Below are positions 10,121 to 17,873 of a stretch of 64,000 nucleotides of DNA, piece by piece. Below the pieces are notes generated by a model, which saw nothing but the letters and a program-made list of their open reading frames with translations, did no database searches and was not told the DNA's origin. Position numbers and translations under genes: made by a program. Every line of letters begins with the position of its first letter. Positions within the stretch are counted from its first letter, which is position 1. The stretch lies in IMG/VR virus record IMGVR_UViG_3300032280_000594; one strand, 5' to 3'. Source of the DNA: a virus. Its lineage: Duplodnaviria > Heunggongvirae > Uroviricota > Caudoviricetes.

Positions 10121-10609
10121 TTAGTAAAATTGTATTTGTAATTGATAGAATTGCTCAGGAACTTCCTCATCCTTTATCACATTTCTTATATCCATATAAT
10201 AAAAATCCGATCTATAATCCTCTGGTAAATACCTATTAAACTTAATCGTTCTGTTTCTAGGATTATCATCTATATAAACATGTTTTTGTGTTTGTAAATT
10301 CTTGTTGTATGTCAAAACTGATTCTTCTACAAGTGCAGCTGGCTCAATACTATACTCTCTTATCAACATATGTAAAAATGGTATAACCTGATCCTTAATG
10401 TTATCCCACTTAATTATATCATAAGCACCATTACCTACTTTATATAAACTAAAATAATACGATGGTGATACTCTATAACCAGACATTTGCGATGTTACAT
10501 TAAACTGATAAGAATAATCATCTAAAAGATTTGCTAAGTAACCCACACAGAATTCCTCAACATCTTCTAAACCACCAAGTGCTTCATTATATTTTTTTAA
10601 GTATCTCAT
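10121..10609 (-). CDS. FamA protein
   Basis: MRYLKKYNEA; FCVGYLANLLDD; WDNIKDQVIPFL. Confidence 0.65.
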   Translation of the reverse strand: MRYLKKYNEALGGLEDVEEFCVGYLANLLDDYSYQFNVTSQMSGYRVSPSYYFSLYKVGNGAYDIIKWDNIKDQVIPFLHMLIREYSIEPAALVEESVLTYNKNLQTQKHVYIDDNPRNRTIKFNRYLPEDYRSDFYYMDIRNVIKDEEVPEQFYQLQIQFY

Positions 10610-11473
10610 CTATTCAATCAATATAATTTGTAGTCTAATCGAAATATCTCCGAAGTTATATTGCTGAACATGACCCGGCCCAACCTTAAAAGACATTATA
10701 ATCTTTGTACTAGAAAACTGATCCGATAAACTTAGTAAAAGTTTATCCGCACAATCCTGTGCCAAAGACTCAATCTGATCCAACATCTCACACTTATAAT
10801 TAGATAAAGTAACAGCCGGTTTAAACCTATCTGAATAATAAACTCTCATCGGTGCCGATTTAACACCAATTATTACACTCTTAGTAGTTAAACCCGTCAT
10901 TAATATATCTCTCCACTCTTCTTGAGTAAGCTTTCTCTCCATAGAAATTGATTGTTGTGGTTGAACACCTGAAAAACCACCACCTTTTATTATTGACTTA
11001 ACTTCAAAATCCTCATCAATCAAATAAGCTAAATAATGTTCTATATCATCTGTTTTCAATTCAACAGACTCTTTAATAGGTTTATCAAAAGTGACCCAAA
11101 CTAAAATCTCTATTAAACTTTCATTATCAAATGGTAAAGGATTACCAGATAAAATTGTTTCAATACCAAACTCAGTATCATCATTATAATCATAAATCAT
11201 TATAGACTGATCTACTATATTGTAGTCTCTATTTAACATATGTAAAAATGGAATATATGACTCTTTAACATCTAACCAAGTAAAATCAATGTCATTACTC
11301 AATTTTATCAAAAATGCATTTGGTGGCAAACCACCACCTCCTGAATGATCACTTGCTTGTGTAATATTTACCGTATAACCATCATCTAACAAATATGCTA
11401 GATAAGACTCACTAAAATCACGTAGTTGTGACTCTAAATCAACTGACTCATTAAATCTTTTTAAATATCTCAT
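10610..11473 (-). CDS. FamA protein, tandem two-domain member
   Basis: MRYLKRFNES; SESYLAYLLDDGY...WLDVKESYIPFL then a second HYLAYLIDEDF core. Confidence 0.65.
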   Translation of the reverse strand: MRYLKRFNESVDLESQLRDFSESYLAYLLDDGYTVNITQASDHSGGGGLPPNAFLIKLSNDIDFTWLDVKESYIPFLHMLNRDYNIVDQSIMIYDYNDDTEFGIETILSGNPLPFDNESLIEILVWVTFDKPIKESVELKTDDIEHYLAYLIDEDFEVKSIIKGGGFSGVQPQQSISMERKLTQEEWRDILMTGLTTKSVIIGVKSAPMRVYYSDRFKPAVTLSNYKCEMLDQIESLAQDCADKLLLSLSDQFSSTKIIMSFKVGPGHVQQYNFGDISIRLQIILIE

Positions 11474-11913
11474 TGCTTAACCGTGTTTTTTACTACAATA
11501 CCAATCTCTTTGATACCATTACCGTTAAAACCATCTCTTTTTATTTTACCACCCCAATCTTCAATCTCTGAATCTTTCACAAATAATTGATTTCCTGAAA
11601 CAAAATTGATAATAATACTAGAACTTCTCTGATCTAAGTCTTTATCATTCAAATCATATTCTCTGGATAACATCGTAACAAATGGAATATAATAATCTTT
11701 AATCTCATCCCAACGAAAAGGTTGAATACGAGGATTTAAAGTTTTTCCTAACCATATAATATATGAATCCCACTTTTCAGTATCAACAACTTCTATCTTA
11801 AAACTAGTATCATCCAATAAATAAGCCAAATAAGTCTCACAGAAATCTTTTAACTCTGCTTCATCAACCTGACTATATAAATCATTCTCAAAAATCCTTT
11901 TCAAATACCTCAT
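11470..11913 (-). CDS. FamA protein
   Basis: MRYLKRIFEN; FCETYLAYLLDD; WDEIKDYYIPFV. Confidence 0.65.
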   Translation of the reverse strand: MRYLKRIFENDLYSQVDEAELKDFCETYLAYLLDDTSFKIEVVDTEKWDSYIIWLGKTLNPRIQPFRWDEIKDYYIPFVTMLSREYDLNDKDLDQRSSSIIINFVSGNQLFVKDSEIEDWGGKIKRDGFNGNGIKEIGIVVKNTVKQ

Positions 11914-11927
11914 TATCTATATATTAT

Positions 11928-12365
11928 TTAAAAATTTCTAAACCAAGCTTTCTTGACTTCTTTATCCTCTTTTTTAACAACCCTAATAAATAAAGTAGCA
12001 ATCTCCTTATTATCCGGTAAATCATCTAACTGATTTAGTTTTAACTCTTCCTGTTTATTCCATGTTTCCCCATATAGGTTTTTACCATGATAAATAATAC
12101 CCATCGCTGGCTCTGAACCATTATCATAATACAATTCGTAATCCTTTAATAAAAAATGTAAGAAAGGTAAAATCTGATCCTTCATCTGTGACCATAAACT
12201 ATTACTCGACTCAGGAGTTCCTATCATTATTTGATGATAGTAATCTCCTTCAAACTTTGAAATCCTTACCTTAAAACCCTCATCAATCAAATAAGCTAAG
12301 TGAGTATCACAGAAATCCTGCAACTCATCCTTTAAACTCTCATTAAACCTTCTCAAATGTTTCAT
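11928..12365 (-). CDS. FamA protein
   Basis: MKHLRRFNES; FCDTHLAYLIDEGF; WSQMKDQILPFL. Confidence 0.65.
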   Translation of the reverse strand: MKHLRRFNESLKDELQDFCDTHLAYLIDEGFKVRISKFEGDYYHQIMIGTPESSNSLWSQMKDQILPFLHFLLKDYELYYDNGSEPAMGIIYHGKNLYGETWNKQEELKLNQLDDLPDNKEIATLFIRVVKKEDKEVKKAWFRNF

Positions 12366-12584
12366 ACCTCTTTCTTATTTTTAACATTAAATGAAATACG
12401 GTCATTTACTACCTCATCCCAACTACTATTGGTAACCCTGCGTAAAGATAAAATCACAGGAAAGTAATGTTTATCCTGTTGATAATCATCAATAATAACA
12501 TTCAACCCCTCATCCAAAATCTTTTATCTCTTGCTCATCTAAAACCTCTGAATTACTTTCGTTATACTTCTTTATGTATCTCAT
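12362..12584 (-). pseudogene. FamA pseudogene with two frameshifts
   Basis: frame 1 MRYIKKYNESNSEVLDEQEIKDFG-stop; frame 2 DEGLNVIIDDYQQDKHYFPVILSLRRVTNSSGMR-stop; frame 3 WDEVVNDRISFNVKNKKEV-stop ending in the ATGA of the 12365 gene; the three pieces match leader, DEGF core and W-D-KD-IPF motif. Confidence 0.5.
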
Positions 12585-12700
12585 CACTGCAATTTATTTT
12601 AAAACCCCACGTGCGTCAGCACGTTTACGACTCCGACGACCCCCAAACTCCTTGCCGTAGGCAACGGCTCCCCGAACCCCTGATTGGTCCCACCACAATC

Positions 12701-13120
12701 CTAATCCTTCTTAAAACCCTTAACCATCAACTTAACCGTAGTAACCAAAAAATCCGGCGACTCATCATTCATTATCTGATCCACAGTAAATAACTTCTTT
12801 GAAGCATCCCACTGCTCTGTACTATAAAAATAAACCAATTGAGCCAACTCAAACCTCCTCGACAAAACACGAACCAACGGAATAAACCTATCCATCACCA
12901 AAGAATAATCATATAAATTATTTACCATAGAACCATCAGTGAAAGATAACCTTATATCAAACTCACCACCCCAAGCCGGTCTTACCTCATAAGTAAACCC
13001 ATCATCCTCCAATGGTGCCAAAAATGGCTCACAAATATCATCCAACTGATCCTGTAAATCATCACCTTTTAACCTAACATAGAAATCAGACTCCATAAAA
13101 CTTTTTAAATACCTCATCAT
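12701..13120 (-). CDS. FamA protein inside the compositionally atypical island
   Basis: MMRYLKSFMES; ICEPFLAPLEDDGF; GC-richer codons (R,P,A,G,V rich) than other members. Confidence 0.6.
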   Translation of the reverse strand: MMRYLKSFMESDFYVRLKGDDLQDQLDDICEPFLAPLEDDGFTYEVRPAWGGEFDIRLSFTDGSMVNNLYDYSLVMDRFIPLVRVLSRRFELAQLVYFYSTEQWDASKKLFTVDQIMNDESPDFLVTTVKLMVKGFKKD

Positions 13121-13144
13121 ATACTTATATATAAAATCACCACA

Positions 13145-13432
13145 ATGAAATTACCAAAATCAAAGTATTATATCAAAAATATAATCGAAACAATACAACT
13201 AGACCCCTACACAACCATCGAAATCGATGCCTTCTACGATACCACACACAAAGGTAACCGATACTCCTGCACCGTAACACACCAACTAGGAACAGCCATA
13301 TGCGGCGGCTACGGCACAAATAACGAAATAACACTCAAAACATACGAAAGCGCACTACTATACGCACTAGAACTAGCCAACGCAGATAAACAAACAATAA
13401 GAAACTTTAGACTAAAACTACTACTATCATGA
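13145..13432 (+). CDS. hypothetical protein
   Basis: ORF track 95 aa; A+C-rich coding strand like the adjacent ung. Confidence 0.45.
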   Translation: MKLPKSKYYIKNIIETIQLDPYTTIEIDAFYDTTHKGNRYSCTVTHQLGTAICGGYGTNNEITLKTYESALLYALELANADKQTIRNFRLKLLLS

Positions 13433-14067
13433 TACAATTACCCCAAGAACTACTGCCTTGCAGAGTGTCAGAGACACTACAACAATTCATAGATAAAGAA
13501 TACTCGCAACACCAATGCTTTCCACCAAAACACCTTATACTACACGCACTAACCAACCTTAATAACACCAAAGTTGTTATAATAGGTCAAGACCCATACC
13601 ACGGTGAAAACCAAGCACACGGTCTAGCTTTCTCCACCCTAGACAAAACTATCCCACCATCACTGAAAAATATCTTTAAAGAGCTTAAAAATGATTTAAA
13701 CATCGAAACACCTAACCACGGTAACCTAACCAATTGGCATAACCAAGGTGTACTTCTTCTTAATACAATACTAACAGTAAGAAAAAATCAACCACTATCT
13801 CATAAGAATAAAGGTTGGGAACAATTTACCAATAACATCATATCAGAACTAAATAATAATAAGAATAATCTCGTATTCATTCTATGGGGTGCCCAAGCAC
13901 ATAAAACAGAGAAACTAATCGATAACACAAAACACCTTATACTAAAGTCTGGCCATCCATCACCACTATCTGCGAACCAAGGGAAATGGTTCAACAATAA
14001 ACACTTTAGTAAAACTAATCAATACCTTATAGATAATATGATAACTCCTATAGATTGGACATTATAA
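13429..14067 (+). CDS. ung: uracil-DNA glycosylase, family 1
   Basis: water-activating motif VVIIGQDPYHGENQAHGLAFS, LLLNTILTV, C-terminal HPSPLSANQG; ATGA overlap with upstream ORF. Confidence 0.85.
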   Translation: MIQLPQELLPCRVSETLQQFIDKEYSQHQCFPPKHLILHALTNLNNTKVVIIGQDPYHGENQAHGLAFSTLDKTIPPSLKNIFKELKNDLNIETPNHGNLTNWHNQGVLLLNTILTVRKNQPLSHKNKGWEQFTNNIISELNNNKNNLVFILWGAQAHKTEKLIDNTKHLILKSGHPSPLSANQGKWFNNKHFSKTNQYLIDNMITPIDWTL

Positions 14068-14070
14068 AAG

Positions 14071-14241
14071 ATGGAAGAAATAACAATACAATGCCAATCA
14101 TGTTATGAACCATTCGACACTTTATATGTGGTGAACGATGGTCGACCTTACGACTTTTGCTGTTCGATGAGATGCTATAACGAGTATCATACAATAGAGA
14201 ATATAAGAGATAGAAAACTTAAAAATCTATTAGACCAGTAA
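14071..14241 (+). CDS. small Cys-rich (zinc-ribbon-like) protein with FamB tail
   Basis: 56 aa MEEITIQCQSCYEPF...DFCCSMRCYNEYHTIENIRDRKLKNLLDQ; not in ORF track (<60 aa); starts 3 nt after ung stop. Confidence 0.4.
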   Translation: MEEITIQCQSCYEPFDTLYVVNDGRPYDFCCSMRCYNEYHTIENIRDRKLKNLLDQ

Positions 14242-14277
14242 ATATACAATAAAAAGTGTGAACTACCAAGTATGTAG

Positions 14278-14297
14278 AAAAAACGACCGTTTTTTAC
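14278..14297. promoter_or_regulatory. A/T-stem palindrome, variant copy A (gaaaaaacgaccgttttttac)
   Basis: palindromic AAAACG-AC-CGTTTT; related to motif copies B-I. Confidence 0.3.
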
Positions 14298-14431
14298 TCA
14301 AATTTTAAGTTGATCCTATACGCACTTGTAAGGTTGTCACCAAAACCCTTTCCAAGGTTATTACATTTATTTGCAGACGCACGTAACTTTTCGCATTATT
14401 TTGAATATATATAGAAAGAAAAAGTTTGACT

Positions 14432-14620
14432 ATGTTTGATAGAGCGAAGAGGGGTTACAAGCCACCTAAACCACAGAGAAGCAGAATAAATTTCTTTATG
14501 GACAAAACCATTTATGACCGGTTAGAAGAGTTCTGTGAGAAGAATGATTATAAGAGAAACGAATTGATCGAATGTATCTTAGAGGAGTTTTTGAATAAGT
14601 ATGGAACCAAGAAGAAGTAA
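14432..14620 (+). CDS. ribbon-helix-helix (CopG/Arc-like) DNA-binding protein
   Basis: track ORF starts at TTG 14426; first ATG 14432; RINFFMDKTIYDRL (beta strand) followed by EEFCEKNDYKRNELIECILEEFL (two helices) is the RHH layout. Confidence 0.55.
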   Translation: MFDRAKRGYKPPKPQRSRINFFMDKTIYDRLEEFCEKNDYKRNELIECILEEFLNKYGTKKK

Positions 14621-15160
14621 ATGATGAAAAAGATAGATGTCTAAGAAGTATAGTTAGTTGTCGTTACCAATAGTTCTTTATGGAATGGGTTATAATGAAT
14701 GGTCTAGTGCGAAGCACTCTCTGCATTCGCAGAGTAAACGAGTTCATAGACCGACGAATTTGAGGTGGATAAGAAAGAACTCACGTATGAAAAAGATTAA
14801 AAGGATATATGGATAATAAGTGGTATGAAGATTATATGAGATCACACTCTCATCTACCTGGTTGGGAACAGAGAAGGTGTATAATAAGAAAGATGAAGAT
14901 AATACATATCTTTTCAGGATCGATATATTCCAGATACATTGGTTTGGAGAAATTAGTACGAAGCATATTTTAGAAAATGAAAAGAGAAAATTTGAACACA
15001 CCAATCAATTACTTGCATTCGCAAAGTAGACCTAATAGAACACCTAGACAGCATAGGATTTTAATGAATCGTATGGGAAAGATTTTCAGGTTATTTAGAC
15101 CTGGTGGGATGACTAATGCTGATTGGTATTATAAACTAACAAATAATAGGAATTTATTAA

Positions 15161-15192
15161 GGTGTGTAAAATCCGTTCGTTTTTTACACACC
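15161..15192. promoter_or_regulatory. perfect 11-bp A/T-stem palindrome with CCGTTCG loop (motif copy B)
   Basis: ggtgtgtaaaa-tccgttcgtt-ttttacacacc. Confidence 0.4.
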
Positions 15193-15396
15193 TTTATAAT
15201 TAAAATGCATTACCGACATAACGAACTTCGTTTGTATTAGGATCTGATAAGGTATAAATGTAGTGTATCATAAATTATATTTATATTTTATAGTATATAT
15301 TAAAATATAAGTACGTGAAAGTCTACTCTTCTGATCTTATCAGCCCGTCATCCAGAACAAATATAAGGAGGTTATTTGGTATAACCAAGGATAAAT

Positions 15397-15424
15397 GCAA
15401 AAATCCGTGCGTTTTTTACACACT
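15397..15424. promoter_or_regulatory. motif copy C (gcaaaaatccgtgcgttttttacacac)
   Basis: near-identical to copy B, 230 bp downstream. Confidence 0.4.
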
Positions 15425-15708
15425 TTATAATAAAACTTATCATTAGTGGTTCTATATAATTATATGGGTTGGGTAAATAAGAATGTTTGGTTGGATGAAC
15501 CAGAGGATGATGGGATAACTCATTTCAAGTTTTTGAGAAGGATTAGAAGGAAGACTAGGATAAAGAGAATTTTTGGGATTGGATATGGATTTAAAAAGAA
15601 GGATAGTTGAATCTATACTCTGCAAGATTGAATTAAAGAATGAGGGTTTATTGGAACCTTATTCTTTATTTAATACTATACGTAGGATGAAGATAATAGA
15701 AAGGTTGT

Positions 15709-15975
15709 TTGGTGGTGGAGAAAGGTGATATATTGGTTTGTACGAAGACTTATTGTAGGTATGTTTTATACAATCGTAGTTGGTCCAGAAATATAAAGGA
15801 TAGTAGTTATATTATAATGGCGATAAAGGAAGGTGTAAATGTTTATGTTTCTAATGAAGAGGGAGGTTTGATGTTATTTTCTTTATATGATGATGGTAAG
15901 TTACCGTATTTAGTGGATTATTTTGTTTCGTTGGTGGATTTTCGTGAGGAAAAATTAGAACAATTGGGTTTATGA
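15709..15975 (+). CDS. FamB protein
   Basis: 88 aa, N-term MVVEKGDILVCTKTY, ends FREEKLEQLGL; sits within the repeat-rich low-coding region. Confidence 0.4.
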   Translation: MVVEKGDILVCTKTYCRYVLYNRSWSRNIKDSSYIIMAIKEGVNVYVSNEEGGLMLFSLYDDGKLPYLVDYFVSLVDFREEKLEQLGL

Positions 15976-16216
15976 GAGAGGATAGTGGTTTGACACGGGT
16001 TGATACACCGTTGGATTGGTTAGAAGCAAGGAGAATGCTGATGTCATTTTTTATTGTTCCTAATCGTTTGGTTAAGATAAAACGTTTGGTTGACACATTG
16101 TATAGTAAAGGTGGAAATAATGTCTAAGGTAGAGGATATGAGTGTTTGGGAATTTAATTGGCGTGTACCTATGGGTGTTCGTAGGTTATTAAGGATTACA
16201 AAGATAAAAAAGTTAT

Positions 16217-16247
16217 TTGCAAAAAAATGAACGGATTTTTGACAAAA
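16217..16247. promoter_or_regulatory. motif copy D (ttgcaaaaaaatgaacggatttttgacaa)
   Basis: A/T stem with ATGAACGG loop; shares ATGAACGGATTTTTGACA with copy E. Confidence 0.35.
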
Positions 16248-16504
16248 TGAAAAGGAAGGTGGTTATAAAGGGGGTCTTTAATGATTACTTTACGGGTTAT
16301 AAGGATAAGGAAAGTTCTGTAGTTGTTATAGGATGGTTATAAAGTTATTGAGCAAAGAATGTTAAAGATAAAAAGATTGTTTAGTAATGACGAGTACTAA
16401 CCGTGGTGATATGGCTAAGATCTTTCGTAGGTATGGTAGGATGCGAAAGATAGCTAGTTTATTTGGTTTTGAAAAGGTATGGTTCTTTAAAGGTGTAAAC
16501 AAGT

Positions 16505-16532
16505 AAAACACACTATTAAGTGTGTTTTTATT
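16505..16532 (+). terminator. putative intrinsic terminator
   Basis: aaacacac-tattaa-gtgtgttt followed by TTTTTA. Confidence 0.45.
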
Positions 16533-16648
16533 TGACTGTTATTATTTATTAAATATGAATATAAAAAAATCTAGAGAGTAAAAAAAATGTGAGTTTCACA
16601 AAAAATGGCTTTTTTAAATAAATATATAATAAAAAATAAAATAATAAA

Positions 16649-17374
16649 ATGACAAAATTTAAACACATAAAATTATTTGAATCGTTTGTGAACGAGGAAT
16701 TAAACCAAGGTACTAAACTTTCTCAGGCGTTAATTCTACATATGATGAAACAACCATCAGAAAAAGGACCTGAGATGGATAGTTGGGAAAAAGATAAAAA
16801 GGTTTATGAAAAAGCTCTAAAAGATTATCTTAAACAATATGATGTTGATGTGAAATTCATTTACGCTTACGGATCTGAATTAACAAAACATTTGTCTCTT
16901 TCTTTAAATTTACCGGAATCATTCATGTCTGGTGTAAAAAGATTTTTTGGTTTTGGAAAATCTAAAGTCTCTCTGAACTATAGGGTGGAAAATCTAACTG
17001 ATTTAAAAGACAATGATTATAGAACGGAAAATTTGAAAGAGGAAGTTTCAGTATCAATTGGATTGGATAGAACAAATACACCTTCAACTCGCTTCAAATC
17101 TAATGAACCTGGTAATTTTGATAAAGAAATTGATATAAGTGGTGTTGATCCTAATAAAGAAGGAAAAGAATATATTGATTTAGATAAAGAAGATGCACAG
17201 ATGATGTGTAAACTATTACAAGATATTAATCCTTACACTAAATTCAAGACTCCAGAGATTTTGGTTGATGCTTTAAATGAGTACTTAGAGGGAGATTTTA
17301 AATTAGATGTGAAGAGATCTCAAACAGAACCTGGTTACAAATTCGTAGTTCTAAATAGAATCATACTAAAATAA
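16649..17374 (+). CDS. hypothetical protein with FamA-like leader (MTKFKHIKLFESF) on an unrelated body
   Basis: ORF track 241 aa; no LAYL-DEGF core. Confidence 0.55.
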   Translation: MTKFKHIKLFESFVNEELNQGTKLSQALILHMMKQPSEKGPEMDSWEKDKKVYEKALKDYLKQYDVDVKFIYAYGSELTKHLSLSLNLPESFMSGVKRFFGFGKSKVSLNYRVENLTDLKDNDYRTENLKEEVSVSIGLDRTNTPSTRFKSNEPGNFDKEIDISGVDPNKEGKEYIDLDKEDAQMMCKLLQDINPYTKFKTPEILVDALNEYLEGDFKLDVKRSQTEPGYKFVVLNRIILK

Positions 17375-17393
17375 TAAATTATACAAACAAAAT

Positions 17394-17425
17394 AAAAAAA
17401 CCAGTTATTAAGACTGGTTTTTTTA
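17394..17425. terminator. bidirectional intrinsic terminator
   Basis: aaaaaaa-ccagt-tattaag-actgg-ttttttt between convergent genes ending 17374 and 17614. Confidence 0.55.
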
Positions 17426-17546
17426 TTTTACCTTCTTTTCTATTCTATTTTAACCAATTTTTTATTTTTTGTTTATATTGTATATAAACCGTACTCACTT
17501 GTGAGAGTCATATAAAATGACTATCTTTGTTATAAATTATATTTAT

Positions 17547-17625
17547 ATGGCAAAGGTGGTTAGAAAAGTTACTCCGAGAGTTTTCTGTGAGGATGGTTCT
17601 TCTTTACTTAAAACTACTTTAAGAA
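17547..17625 (+). repeat. about 75-bp duplicated element, copy 1 (encodes MAKVVRKVTPRVFCEDGSSLLKT...)
   Basis: near-identical to 18752..18830 (3-4 mismatches); opens a 39-codon ORF 17547..17666 that overlaps the convergent gene 17614..17823. Confidence 0.4.
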
Positions 17626-17823
17626 GTATGGTGCTAAAACTAGTTCCATTGCATTATGTATATTAGATTCTAGTAGTTTAGCTTCTTCTTCTGTTAAATC
17701 TAACTCCATAGGTAATTCAACCTCAACTGATACTTTATCATCACTTATCTCAATATTATAGTTTGCCTCAGGTGTCTGACACTCTGTTTTAACTGCTTCG
17801 TTGAACTTTCTTATATGTCTCAT
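17614..17823 (-). CDS. small acidic protein with FamA-like leader (MRHIRKFNEA)
   Basis: ORF track 69 aa. Confidence 0.5.
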   Translation of the reverse strand: MRHIRKFNEAVKTECQTPEANYNIEISDDKVSVEVELPMELDLTEEEAKLLESNIHNAMELVLAPYFLK

Positions 17824-17873
17824 ACTTGTATATATTAATTTTTTTTGTATATTTGTTTATTATTAAACATAAT

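Noticed and set aside
12598-12700. GC-rich hairpin segment considered as a possible tRNA or small RNA gene
   Set aside because: No cloverleaf, no T-loop GTTCRA motif and no anticodon stem; kept only as a structural oddity within the island finding
14744-16096. Track ORFs 14744..15004(-), 14977..15240(+), 15851..16096(-) in the repeat hub
   Set aside because: They overlap the direct-repeat copies, have no family signatures and odd composition; treated as non-coding or decayed, although micro-ORFs cannot be excluded
16590-16612. TGTGA-gtt-TCACA as a CRP site
   Set aside because: Spacer is 3 nt instead of 6; simple small palindrome
14250-16640. CRISPR array
   Set aside because: Repeats are degenerate, unequal in spacing (79-380 bp) and partly protein-like; no cas genes
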